DNA from: an uncultured Fibrobacterota bacterium
GTDB lineage: Bacteria > Fibrobacterota > OXYB2-FULL-49-7 > JAEUSG01
Length of the DNA: 64,000 nucleotides
Assembly (NCBI GenBank): GCA_964590225.1
Contig: CAZPWS010000011.1
Location: forward strand, 4,136 to 68,135
Direction: 5' to 3'
Part shown: positions 18,806-28,327 of the stretch, one piece after another
Layout of the letters: every line of letters starts with the position of its first letter
Position numbering within the stretch: position 1 is the stretch's first letter
Made by a program: the position numbers and the translations under genes
Notes under the pieces: generated by a model
Databases searched by the model: none
Seen by the model: the letters and a program-made list of their open reading frames with translations, nothing else
What the model was told of the DNA's origin: nothing

Positions 18806-19135
18806 ATGGAAATAACACTATCTACCCATCACGCTTTCAGTGTGGTTGAAGTAAGCGGTCAGATTAACTCTCTTAAGGATTCAATACAACTGAAATCCAT
18901 CATAAATACACTTTTTGATGATGGAAAACGGAATATTGCAATTAAGCTGAAAGATGTTGAGTATGTCGATAGCGCAGCAATAAATGTGCTTATATATGCG
19001 AGAAACATTGCAGACAAACTTAAAGGCGAACTTGTTATTCTCGAACCCAACGAGTACATCCTAAACATGCTCTCAGTTGTTGGAATATCAAAAATTTTCA
19101 CCATTTGCGAGAATTTAGAAACGCTTAAACGGTAA
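18806..19135 (+). CDS. Stand-alone STAS-domain protein (anti-sigma-factor antagonist family)
   Basis: 109 aa. A SpoIIAA-like profile is visible in MEITLSTHHAFSVVEVSGQINSLKDS..., but with no nearby kinase or phosphatase. Confidence 0.7.
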   Translation: MEITLSTHHAFSVVEVSGQINSLKDSIQLKSIINTLFDDGKRNIAIKLKDVEYVDSAAINVLIYARNIADKLKGELVILEPNEYILNMLSVVGISKIFTICENLETLKR

Positions 19136-19193
19136 CACATAAAAGAATCTTAAGGTATAATCGCGTATCTTCCGATAATTTATATATAGTCCT

Positions 19194-22130
19194 ATGAGCG
19201 ATGCCAAAATTAGGCCTCTATTTTTTGTGTTATTCTCCATATGTGGTGTTGTATATGGGCAACTCGATTTATTGTTTAAGAATGGCAGCGATGGAGCTGG
19301 TTCAACCGCCTTTACAACTTTAAATCTTAATGATGGTGCTAGAAATGAAGCACTTGGCGGAAATGCGGGTAGTCTTCTTTATGGCAGTGAGGCAATCTCC
19401 GTAAACGCAGCGATGCTTGCACATACTAACCGAAGCGACCTATCTCTTTCGCATAAAGAGATGCCTATGGGTATGCGCATGGATAAGGTCTCTTTTGTTT
19501 ACCCAACATTTGAATACGGAACCTTTGGCTTCCAATGGAAAAGTTTTCGTTCTGGCTTAATTACGGATGCGCGAAACATAGACGAAGAAGTGGTAGATGT
19601 CTCAACGGGAGACATGAGTCTTGGTGCAGCATATGCGATTGCCTTTATTGACGGAACTCTCTCTGTTGGTGCATTCGGCCAGTTTCTTCAAAGCAATCTC
19701 GCAGATGCAAGCGCAAGGGGATTTTCGTTTGATATTTCAACAAGTGCGCTTATTCTACAGACATTTCGAACAACATTATCACTTCACAACATGGGAGCCG
19801 GAGTATCCTTTGGTAATGTAAAAGAACCGCTTCCGCTTGGAATCTCGACAAATATTGCGTTACCAGTTTTTGAAAACAGGGTGTCAATCACTGCGGGAAT
19901 AAAAAAGAGCGCCGGTAGCGATCTTGAAAGTGGATTTGGGATAGAAACGCACATTCATTCACTGCTGTCCTTACAAATGGGATATGCACATAGAACCGGC
20001 GAAACCGAAAAATCTGAAAAAATTTTTGATGGCCTCCGCTTCGGCACCGGAATAAACATTGGGGATTTCAAAATCAATTATGCATATTCAAAAATCAACG
20101 CTTTTCTTGGCCTAACTCACTCGATTGAAGCGCGCTACAATTTCTCTCCGCTCATACCACCTAATGCGAGCGACTACCTTCGTCGTGCCGAGCGACAATT
20201 CCGCGAGGGCCGGTTTAGTCGCTGTATTTCTTCCGCAGAGCAAGCTCTCCGGCTAAACCCCAATCTATGGCAGGCACACGCGCTTATCGAAGAAGCTCAT
20301 CGACGCCTTAAAGTCAATGAAGGAAGTATATTCGCAGTGTTCTATACCGGCAACACAAATGGTGTGTTTGTTCCAAGTTTAACCAACGGACTTGGCGGAC
20401 TTGCGCGGAGAAGCGCACTATTGAAAATGTTAAGAGATGGCTACCCTTACTCGGTAACTGTAGATGGAGGAAACCTCTGTAAGCAGGATGCTGATTCTGT
20501 TCTCTGGAAAATTGGCTTTGATGTCCTGAAGGAAATGAACTATACAGCAGTATGCGCAGGCTATAACGAAGTAGCGGCTCCAATTACCAAGATACTACCT
20601 TATATCAAGAAAAACGGTACGCCATTTATCTCTTCAACCGGAACCAAAGGAGTTGAAGCATCAACAACAATCGATGCCGGAGGAGGATATAAAATAATCG
20701 TTTCCAGTGCACTTGCAGCCTCGCGAAAAATTGACCCCCTTTTAACTTCATCAAACAGTGGGGCAACAATCAAGCTTTTACTGTTCTCAGGTACAGCTTC
20801 GCAGGCTAAATTAATCGCTCGTTCCAATCCACTAATTGACTTAATTATTTGCAGCAATGACTTAATTCCCACCTATAAAGCTATTCAGGAAGGAAGGACA
20901 ATTATTGTTTCTCCAGGGAAAGATGGCAACTACCTTGGCCAACTATTGCTTCAATGCGATAAGAATAGAAAAATAATTGGGGTTAGCAACAGACTGCATC
21001 CACTTGATGCTTCAACACCGGAGGACGAAAGAATCAAAGCAGCGCTACGGAGCCTTGTAGCTAAAGGTGATATAGCCACAATAAACGACTCCCTATTTAG
21101 ACAGGAAGATACATGGCTGCCATTTATATCAAAATATGACTTTACACTTCAATACAAGCCGAAAACCGTAAAAGATACATCTATAAATGCAGATATGCGC
21201 AGAACAGATACTACTAACCAGATATATCTTGCCTCTGTAAGGACCAATCAAAAAATACGAGTAAGCCATAACCGCCGACATAACAGGCTACCAGAAATAA
21301 ACAGACAAAAGAGCGGAGTCATTTATCTTTCAGACTCAATATCAACTGGATATAACTCAACCGATCTGTTTGTCTATTTTACTCTATACAACATAACAAG
21401 GGCAATAAAAAAAGACGACCCTTTCGCGATCCCCTTAACTGCAAAATGGTCAGCCGAAGGCGACGCAATTTATTTAATCGAAAAAGACAAAACGGGAAAA
21501 AGTGAATTGTTCCTGCAATCTGTGCGTGGAAATGGACGAATTAATATTTCAAGATCACCTGAATCATCCGAGTTTGAGGTGGCGGTTTCGCCAGACGGTA
21601 AAAATATTGCTTTTACTTCCGACCGCGAGGCCGGACAACCCATCTATATTTCAGATCCCTATGGCGAAAAACCCATGAGATTACTCAATAGTCAAGCATA
21701 CTGCGCAAATCCGGAATTTTCGGCATCGGGTAGATATCTATCATTTACCGTTAATGGCAACAGGGCAACTGGAAGCGGAGACCTCTTCCTTTTTGATACA
21801 AAAACAGGTAAGATTGACACTTTAATTGCAGGCCAACCCGTTAGTGAGGCTAAATGGGCAAATGACGAAACCATATTAGCCGTTCAGGGAGAGCTATATA
21901 CTGATATCATTAGAATCAATGTACGCGAAAAAACTTTTCACAGGCACACCGACAGAACACGGAAAGCACCAGTAAAAGAACTAACCCCCCGCCCCTTCAT
22001 GGTTGGCGACACACTTAAGGTCTATTACGAACAGGAAATTGACGGAAAAAATGAAATCTACTGGACTGAATCACCAACAAATCGCCCAATTAAATTTTAC
22101 AATCAATCAGGCGTTGTTCATTTGCGGTAA
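19194..22130 (+). CDS. 978 aa exported multidomain envelope protein: N-terminal outer-membrane beta-barrel-like domain, TPR segment, unknown central domain and C-terminal PD40/TolB-like beta-propeller
   Basis: Signal peptide. The barrel-like region ends in HSIEARYNF. TPR-like EAHRRLK ... AEQALRLNPN. Repeated PD40-type segments (SPDGKNIAFTSDREAGQPIYISD, SASGRYLSFTVNGNR...LFLFDTKTG). Confidence 0.8.
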   Translation: MSDAKIRPLFFVLFSICGVVYGQLDLLFKNGSDGAGSTAFTTLNLNDGARNEALGGNAGSLLYGSEAISVNAAMLAHTNRSDLSLSHKEMPMGMRMDKVSFVYPTFEYGTFGFQWKSFRSGLITDARNIDEEVVDVSTGDMSLGAAYAIAFIDGTLSVGAFGQFLQSNLADASARGFSFDISTSALILQTFRTTLSLHNMGAGVSFGNVKEPLPLGISTNIALPVFENRVSITAGIKKSAGSDLESGFGIETHIHSLLSLQMGYAHRTGETEKSEKIFDGLRFGTGINIGDFKINYAYSKINAFLGLTHSIEARYNFSPLIPPNASDYLRRAERQFREGRFSRCISSAEQALRLNPNLWQAHALIEEAHRRLKVNEGSIFAVFYTGNTNGVFVPSLTNGLGGLARRSALLKMLRDGYPYSVTVDGGNLCKQDADSVLWKIGFDVLKEMNYTAVCAGYNEVAAPITKILPYIKKNGTPFISSTGTKGVEASTTIDAGGGYKIIVSSALAASRKIDPLLTSSNSGATIKLLLFSGTASQAKLIARSNPLIDLIICSNDLIPTYKAIQEGRTIIVSPGKDGNYLGQLLLQCDKNRKIIGVSNRLHPLDASTPEDERIKAALRSLVAKGDIATINDSLFRQEDTWLPFISKYDFTLQYKPKTVKDTSINADMRRTDTTNQIYLASVRTNQKIRVSHNRRHNRLPEINRQKSGVIYLSDSISTGYNSTDLFVYFTLYNITRAIKKDDPFAIPLTAKWSAEGDAIYLIEKDKTGKSELFLQSVRGNGRINISRSPESSEFEVAVSPDGKNIAFTSDREAGQPIYISDPYGEKPMRLLNSQAYCANPEFSASGRYLSFTVNGNRATGSGDLFLFDTKTGKIDTLIAGQPVSEAKWANDETILAVQGELYTDIIRINVREKTFHRHTDRTRKAPVKELTPRPFMVGDTLKVYYEQEIDGKNEIYWTESPTNRPIKFYNQSGVVHLR

Positions 22131-22990
22131 GCCGCTAAGGCCATCTCTTCCGGCATTGGCGCTTCCACAGATATCTTTTTATTTGTAAACGAATCCGTAA
22201 ATTCAATCAGAGCTGAATGAAGCATTATGCGGAAGGCCTGCTTACCGCCATACTCGGTATCGCCAATAATTGCCATGTTTTCGCCGGAAAGGTGGCGTCT
22301 AATTTGATGCATTCGGCCAGTGTAAAGCCTTACTCGAAGAAGTGCGCCCTCACCTCTCCTTTCAATAACTTTCCACGCTGTTTTTGATTCTAAAAATTTA
22401 CCGCTTTTGTCTTCGAGCGGAGTTTCAATAACGCCTGAATCTGCAAAAGGTGCCGTGCCAACAAGCGCAAAATATTCTTTTTTTACTTGCGATAAACGAA
22501 AAAGCTCAGTGGCTTTCCGAAGAGCATCAGCGCTCTTTGCGGCCAAAACTGCTCCCGAAACTCCCTTATCAATTCTGTGCGCCAATGCCGGCTCAAATGT
22601 AAAAGAGTCTGCATTTCTACCTACATGCTGCTTAATTAAATCTATCAGTGTGTCACCATGGTGAAAAGCGCCGGAATGAACAGGAAGGCCTACAGGTTTA
22701 TTAACTACAATAAATCGCTCATCTTCGTAAAGAATCATAGGGGTTAAATCAATTGAAAATTCCTTTACCTGTTCATTTACTGAAACTATACGCCTTAGGG
22801 CAATATCTCTGGCATTAAGCGTATCGCCAATTTCAAGCATCTGTTCTGCTTTACCCCGCTTACCGTTAACTCTTACTTTACCTTTCCGTAAAGACTTATG
22901 AATTAAAGAGAGCGGTGTAGCCTTAAATGCTTTTCGTAAAAAGCGGTCGAGCCTCTGGCCGGCATCATTTTCTGCGATTTTTATTTCCAC
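22118..22990 (-). CDS. RluA-family pseudouridine synthase with S4 domain
   Basis: An S4 RNA-binding N-terminus plus the catalytic motif AHRIDKGVSGAVL (HRLDxxTSG-type). Confidence 0.8.
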   Translation of the reverse strand: MEIKIAENDAGQRLDRFLRKAFKATPLSLIHKSLRKGKVRVNGKRGKAEQMLEIGDTLNARDIALRRIVSVNEQVKEFSIDLTPMILYEDERFIVVNKPVGLPVHSGAFHHGDTLIDLIKQHVGRNADSFTFEPALAHRIDKGVSGAVLAAKSADALRKATELFRLSQVKKEYFALVGTAPFADSGVIETPLEDKSGKFLESKTAWKVIERRGEGALLRVRLYTGRMHQIRRHLSGENMAIIGDTEYGGKQAFRIMLHSALIEFTDSFTNKKISVEAPMPEEMALAAYRK

Positions 22991-23685
22991 TACTTATTCC
23001 ATTTAAGCGCATTTACCGCTTCGCTGACGCTCAATTGCCCTGGAGCCACGCCTTCTTTTCCTACAAATGCATATGTAGCGAGTGAATTGAAAGCTGAAGG
23101 ATTTAATCTTGATTCTACCCCCATACTACCCATAGCTATAATGATCGATGGCATGGATAACATACCACTAAATTCCTTTATGCGCAACAAATCTTCTTTT
23201 GTGTTGGCTGTAAAGGCAAGCTTTACAACATCTGCGCCAAAAGATCTTGCAGTGTCCGCCCATCTGCAAATTTCATTAAGCGGTGGCGTTTGCTTATAAT
23301 CATGATGAGAGACAATTCGCAGTTTGTTGCTGCATTTTTCCAAGGCGACCTTTGCCGTTGGACACGAAACCTCTTCGTCGATAGCGTCAATATATGGTTC
23401 TATAAGCTCTATCAAGCTCAACCTGTCATCAACATCGGCAGCAGTTTCTCGCGCTGTTCCAAGAACTCCAAAAAAACCAAATTCCTTAACTAATCTGGCA
23501 AACTTTACCTTTTCGGATATGGTACCATGCAGCAAATCAAATCGGATTTCGACAATTTCTGCACCATCAGCTTTAATCTGTTCTAATTTTCCCTTGTTAA
23601 CAATAGAATCAAGAACTGCAATTACACAAGGTGAGCTAACGGAAAGTTCAACGGTACCAAGCCTAATCACAGTTATCCTTTTCAA
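22990..23685 (-). CDS. aroD: 3-dehydroquinate dehydratase, type I
   Basis: The type I DHQase pattern is conserved: KLAF..., AMGSMGVESRL and APGQLSVSE near the C-terminus. 231 aa. Confidence 0.7.
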   Translation of the reverse strand: MKRITVIRLGTVELSVSSPCVIAVLDSIVNKGKLEQIKADGAEIVEIRFDLLHGTISEKVKFARLVKEFGFFGVLGTARETAADVDDRLSLIELIEPYIDAIDEEVSCPTAKVALEKCSNKLRIVSHHDYKQTPPLNEICRWADTARSFGADVVKLAFTANTKEDLLRIKEFSGMLSMPSIIIAMGSMGVESRLNPSAFNSLATYAFVGKEGVAPGQLSVSEAVNALKWNK

Positions 23686-24289
23686 CTACAAAAAGGCCAT
23701 GCTCCGAAAAAAGGTTAGGCAGTGTGGCGTATATCCCCTTTAAAACTCCGCTCACTCCAATATGTTGCTCATCAACTATTTTGATTCCAAGTCGTTTGCA
23801 TATTATTCGAAAATCTTTTATTGTTGTGAGTCGGATATTTGGTGTATTGTACCACTCATAGCCATAAGCGCGTGTTACCGGAAGCCGTCCTGTAAAGCCA
23901 AGAACAAACCTGATCTTCCAGTAGCCAAAATTTGGAATGCCCACAACTACCCGTTTCCCGACCCTTAACGATTCTTTGAGTAAAAGCTCTGTATTATAAA
24001 CAGATTGCAGGGTTTCGTTAAGCACTACCCAATCATACGACTGATCGGGATACTCTTTTAGCCCTTCTTCGATGTTACCTTGAAACACTGATAAACCTCG
24101 CCTTATGCACTCAATAACATGATCTTCGTTAATTTCAACGCCCCGTCCTTTCGCACCACTTTGAGTCAAGACCTGAAGCAGCTCTCCACCGCCGCAACCA
24201 AGGTCGAGGACACTGCTGCCACCTTTAATAATTGAGGCGATAATCTCCTGAGAAACTGAAAGGGGTGTACTACCACCTTCTTTTATCAT
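23663..24289 (-). CDS. metW: Methionine biosynthesis protein MetW (SAM-MTase-like)
   Basis: VLDLGCGGGELL and IPNFGYWKIR are hallmark MetW segments. Immediately downstream of metX with a 4 nt overlap. Confidence 0.8.
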   Translation of the reverse strand: MIKEGGSTPLSVSQEIIASIIKGGSSVLDLGCGGGELLQVLTQSGAKGRGVEINEDHVIECIRRGLSVFQGNIEEGLKEYPDQSYDWVVLNETLQSVYNTELLLKESLRVGKRVVVGIPNFGYWKIRFVLGFTGRLPVTRAYGYEWYNTPNIRLTTIKDFRIICKRLGIKIVDEQHIGVSGVLKGIYATLPNLFSEHGLFVVEKDNCD

Positions 24290-25431
24290 GTTTTCCTCGC
24301 AGTGGCAAGAAAACTTTCTATTATTCGCCCAAGCTTGTCAACTTCAAGCAAAAAGGCATCATGCCCGTAAGATGACTCAATCGCACAATACGATACATCT
24401 TTTTGATTCCGCATTAATGCCTTTACAATCTCCTTCGACTGATATGGAGGGAAAAGCCAGTCCGATGAAAAAGAGACAATCAGCATCTTGGCAGCTATAT
24501 TGCGCACAGCCGCATCCATCGATCCATATTTTCCAGGAAGATCGTAATAATCCATCGCCTTTGTAATATAGAGGTATGTATTGGCATCAAATCTTTCAAC
24601 AAAAACGCCTCCTTGATGTTCAAGATAACTCTCAACGGCAAATTCATCGGCAAGTTCAAAGGAAACCTCATCCCGCGATTGCAGATTTCGCGAAAACTTT
24701 TTCCGCATTGACTCGTCGGAAAGGTAGGTAATGTGACCAATCATTCTTGCTATTGAAAGTCCCTTTTCGGGCGCCTTTGCACCATAATAGTGGCCTTCCT
24801 GCCAGTTTGGGTCGGATGTGATTGCATTTCGCCCAACCTTGTTAAAAGCAATCGCCTGTGCAGAAGTATATGCTGCACTCGCGATAATAACCGCCGACCT
24901 AACTGTCTCAGGGTATAAAATCGACCAAGACAATGCCTGCATTCCCCCCATAGATCCGCCAACAACACAGAGTAGTTTATCTATTTCAAGTGTGCCAATA
25001 AGCTTTTTTTGCACCCTAACCATGTCATCAATTGTAAATACTGGGAAGGTTGATGCGTACTCCTTACCGGTATCAGGGTTAATGCTTGCGGGGCCGGTAC
25101 TTCCCTTACAACCACCAATCACATTCGAACAGATAATAAAATATTTATCAGTATCAAAAGTTTTTCCTGGCCCGACCATAGAGTCCCACCAACCACCTTT
25201 TTTGTCCGTAACGCTATACTTTCCTGCAACATGGGAGTCGCCTGTTAAGGCATGGCAAATAAGAACTGCGTTATCACGCTCTTTAGAAAGTGTTCCAAGC
25301 GTTTCGAATGCCACTTCAAGCGGAGCAATGCTTTTACCACTTTCCAATTCAAAAGCGCTCTCCTTTGTGAATAATTCAACGATTTTTTTTTCTACAATCA
25401 ATTCTTGCAAAGTAGCCGCCTTTAGGATCAA
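24286..25431 (-). CDS. metX: Homoserine O-acetyltransferase
   Basis: Alpha/beta-hydrolase with GGSMGGMQAL nucleophile elbow and a MetX N-terminal profile. 381 aa. Confidence 0.85.
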   Translation of the reverse strand: MILKAATLQELIVEKKIVELFTKESAFELESGKSIAPLEVAFETLGTLSKERDNAVLICHALTGDSHVAGKYSVTDKKGGWWDSMVGPGKTFDTDKYFIICSNVIGGCKGSTGPASINPDTGKEYASTFPVFTIDDMVRVQKKLIGTLEIDKLLCVVGGSMGGMQALSWSILYPETVRSAVIIASAAYTSAQAIAFNKVGRNAITSDPNWQEGHYYGAKAPEKGLSIARMIGHITYLSDESMRKKFSRNLQSRDEVSFELADEFAVESYLEHQGGVFVERFDANTYLYITKAMDYYDLPGKYGSMDAAVRNIAAKMLIVSFSSDWLFPPYQSKEIVKALMRNQKDVSYCAIESSYGHDAFLLEVDKLGRIIESFLATARKT

Positions 25432-25488
25432 TTATTCAATTACGATTTGCATACAAAATATAATGAATAAATTTTGTGGGCACAGTGC

Positions 25489-26232
25489 TTAAACAAGAGA
25501 AAAGGCGATTATTCCAAACGCAACTGCAACATTTAATGACTCAACATCCTTATGTAGCGGTATATGAATCCGCTCGTTCGAAAAAGCGGAAACGGCGGCG
25601 GAAACTCCCTCCCCTTCATTTCCCATAATTATCAGCCTATTCTTTTTTTTATCCATTTGACGGTAATCCTTACCTCTTTTAACATCCGTTACAGTAAGCA
25701 TAAAGTTTTTCTGTTTTAACCGAGGTAAAAGAGTTCCGGATGTGTCCTCAATTAAATCAAGGTTAGCAAAAGCGCCAGCTGTCGATCGAATTACTTTAGG
25801 ATTGAAAAAATCAACCGTCCCTTTTCCTGCTATAACATTCCTAAACCCAGCCGCCGCCGCAGATCGGATGATTGCACCAACATTACCTGGGTCCTGTACG
25901 CCATCAAGATAAACCGAATTGCCGCCCGTTACAACCGTATCGGCCTTAATATCGGTAACGCCTACTGCAAGTATCCCCTGCGAGTTTTCTGTTTCGACTA
26001 AATTGTCAATATTTCGCACCTGCACAAACCGTACCTCAACCCCTAATCTACGGGCACCAATTGCAATATTACTATACTTGGCTGACTGAGTTTCGTCAAT
26101 TAGTATCTCCTTTATGGGAAATTTCATATCGATGCAATGAGCGATAATAGAAGGCCCTTCTATCAAAAAAAGATGGTATTTATCGCGATATTTTTTGTGG
26201 GATAACGATGCTATAACTTTTTCAGACAACAT
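25489..26232 (-). CDS. TrmH/SpoU-family RNA 2'-O-methyltransferase (RlmB-like)
   Basis: SPOUT motifs (LDGVQDPGNVGAIIRSAAAAGF ... IMGNEGEGVS ... IPLHKDVESLNVAVAFGI). Confidence 0.75.
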   Translation of the reverse strand: MLSEKVIASLSHKKYRDKYHLFLIEGPSIIAHCIDMKFPIKEILIDETQSAKYSNIAIGARRLGVEVRFVQVRNIDNLVETENSQGILAVGVTDIKADTVVTGGNSVYLDGVQDPGNVGAIIRSAAAAGFRNVIAGKGTVDFFNPKVIRSTAGAFANLDLIEDTSGTLLPRLKQKNFMLTVTDVKRGKDYRQMDKKKNRLIIMGNEGEGVSAAVSAFSNERIHIPLHKDVESLNVAVAFGIIAFSLV

Positions 26233-26249
26233 TCTATTACTTCCTCATT

Positions 26250-28040
26250 TTAAGTATCTCTTCGCCACCTTGCACGCAGAATATGGGCTGCCATTTTAGG
26301 CTGCCTTTGCCTCGTAAAAACCCCTTTTTTATTACCCGCCACACGGTTAACTGCTTGCTTTGTAGCAAAGTCAGCAAAATTCCACACATGCTCGCCAATC
26401 ATAAAGTCACATTTATCAAAAGCCTTGTGGTAACATTCAAGTATGGCACATTGATATTCTTCCGAAAACATAATAGCGGGCTCCTGATGTAGCCCAGCTA
26501 TGGTATCTGCGCCGTATTCCGCACATAGAACCGGTTTACCGTACTTTTCCCACCATCCAGTTATTTCGTTTGTAACCCGCGCTTCTGCAACTGCTAATTG
26601 GCCCGGTTCTGAGTACCACGCATAGTAACGGTTAAAACAAATTACATCACAAAGGTCACCAACCAGATCCGGTACGGGATACCATGCCTCGTAAGTTGGA
26701 AGAGACGACTGCACTATGGTAATAGGGCGCGATGAATCCAATTCCCTTGCACGCTTAAAAAGTGTTTCAAAATAGGGTCTGGAGCTCTTTTCGTATGTTG
26801 CAGCTTCGTTTGCCAGGCTCCACATAACCACACACGGATGGTTATAATCTCGTTCAAATGTCGCATTCAAGGTATCAAGATGGTGGGCAAGTGTAGCATC
26901 TCCGATTACCTGACTGTTAAATACCTCTTCAGGTTTGTGTGGATGCCAAAAATTCATACCAACGGCCGGCAACTCATCGATCACGAGAATACCCCTTTTG
27001 TCTGCCAGTTGAAGGGTTTCTTCGGCATAAGGGTAATGTGCAGTACGAAAACTGTTTGCACCAATCCAGTCAAGTAAATTAAAATCCTTAAGCATTAACG
27101 CCATATCAAAACCACGGCCATTGATATCCATGTCTTCGTGCTTACCAAACCCCTTAAAATAAAAAGGCTCACCATTAACTAAAAACTGTTTACCCTGTAT
27201 CTCTATAGACCGAAAGCCAAAATTTTCCCTATACAAATCACCTTCATCACTGTCTAACCTGATTTCAAAAGTGTATAAATATGCCTTGCCTGGATTCCAT
27301 AAACATGGATTTTTTATTGTTATAGAACCATTAAAACCACTCCCCACTGCAACGCAATTATTTGTCTCATCTATGACCCTGATAGCAGTGGTTGCATGAG
27401 TTGCGCCATCAACATCTACACTGTATAAAAGCGTACCTGTTTTCCGTTTAAGATCAATATTCGGCTGTAGGCGAATTCGTTGTATTTTGGTTTGTGGTGT
27501 CGTATATAGCGTAACAGAGCGGTGAATTCCTGCATAATTAAAAAAATCGAAAAAAGTTTCCTGTTTAGGCAATGCAATAGAGTCACTAGGAGGAATAAGT
27601 GTACCAGTTGGTAAGCAGGTATAGTCAAGACGGTTGTCAACAACAACGGACAGACGGTTCTCTTTTCCGGAATTATAATGGGCGGTTATTTCAAATTCGA
27701 ACGGAAGAAATCCCCCTTTATGAGAGCCTAGCTCCTGTCCATTTAACCAAACAGTTGCATGATGCGTAACCGAGCCAAAACGCAGCCATACCCGTTTATT
27801 TTTCCATGTTTGCGGCACAAAAAAAGTTCTTTCGTACCATACAAGACCTATATGATCACGCAACGATGGATCCTGTGTAATGTCATTATAACTCGCCGGA
27901 ACAGCCATTTCAGTTGAACCTAACAGGTTTGATTTGTACCAGCCAAGCTCAACCCCATTCCCCCGTTCATCTTTTTTAAATGCCCACAAGCCGTCCAGCT
28001 TATTTGTTTCTCTGACCTCATTGGACTGCGGAAATAGCAT
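26250..28040 (-). CDS. uidA: GH2 beta-glucuronidase
   Basis: Block-for-block similar to E. coli GusA: KLDGLWAF, FFNYAGIHRSV, LLDWIGANSFRTAHYPYAEE, MWSLANE, EEYQCA, IGEHVWNFADFATKQ, GNKKGVFTRQRQPK. Confidence 0.9.
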   Translation of the reverse strand: MLFPQSNEVRETNKLDGLWAFKKDERGNGVELGWYKSNLLGSTEMAVPASYNDITQDPSLRDHIGLVWYERTFFVPQTWKNKRVWLRFGSVTHHATVWLNGQELGSHKGGFLPFEFEITAHYNSGKENRLSVVVDNRLDYTCLPTGTLIPPSDSIALPKQETFFDFFNYAGIHRSVTLYTTPQTKIQRIRLQPNIDLKRKTGTLLYSVDVDGATHATTAIRVIDETNNCVAVGSGFNGSITIKNPCLWNPGKAYLYTFEIRLDSDEGDLYRENFGFRSIEIQGKQFLVNGEPFYFKGFGKHEDMDINGRGFDMALMLKDFNLLDWIGANSFRTAHYPYAEETLQLADKRGILVIDELPAVGMNFWHPHKPEEVFNSQVIGDATLAHHLDTLNATFERDYNHPCVVMWSLANEAATYEKSSRPYFETLFKRARELDSSRPITIVQSSLPTYEAWYPVPDLVGDLCDVICFNRYYAWYSEPGQLAVAEARVTNEITGWWEKYGKPVLCAEYGADTIAGLHQEPAIMFSEEYQCAILECYHKAFDKCDFMIGEHVWNFADFATKQAVNRVAGNKKGVFTRQRQPKMAAHILRARWRRDT

Positions 28041-28198
28041 TATAAAATCCCCTAAATAAGATTAGAACCATTGCGTGCAATTGAGTGTTAATTATAAATA
28101 AAGATGGCTGGAAGAATCAAAAATAGCAAAAAGAATTTATTCGGTTTTTTTTATATTATATTTAGCTGACGGTTCAAGACATTGTCTTTGGAAATAAT

Positions 28199-28271
28199 GG
28201 GGTTTTAGCTCAGTTGGTAGAGCACAACGCTGGCAGCGTTGGGGTCAACGGTTCGACTCCGTTAAGCTCCA
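28199..28271 (+). tRNA. tRNA-Ala (anticodon GGC)
   Basis: 73 nt cloverleaf with anticodon loop CTGGCAG. The acceptor stem carries the G3:U70 wobble pair that is the AlaRS identity element. T-loop GGTTCGACTCC. Confidence 0.85.
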
Positions 28272-28282
28272 CAAAAATATAA

Positions 28283-28318
28283 GAGATTCCGCTTCAAAAA
28301 GCTGGGTCTCTTTTTTAT
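28283..28318 (+). terminator. Weak stem-loop plus T-run downstream of tRNA-Ala
   Basis: CCGCTTcaaaAAGCtGG imperfect hairpin followed by TCTCTTTTTTATTTT. Confidence 0.35.
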
Positions 28319-28327
28319 TTTATACCT

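Noticed and set aside
20300-20950. Central domain of the 978 aa protein as a metallophosphatase/5'-nucleotidase
   Set aside because: The superficial resemblance (YTGNTNG) is not backed by the obligatory His/Asp metal-binding motifs (GDxHG, GNHE), so I left it unassigned.
28041-28327. tRNA-Ala as a possible genomic-island integration site
   Set aside because: There is no integrase, no direct repeat of the tRNA 3' end and no compositional shift downstream. The downstream genes are chromosomal-type (GGDEF, dapL, argF-like).
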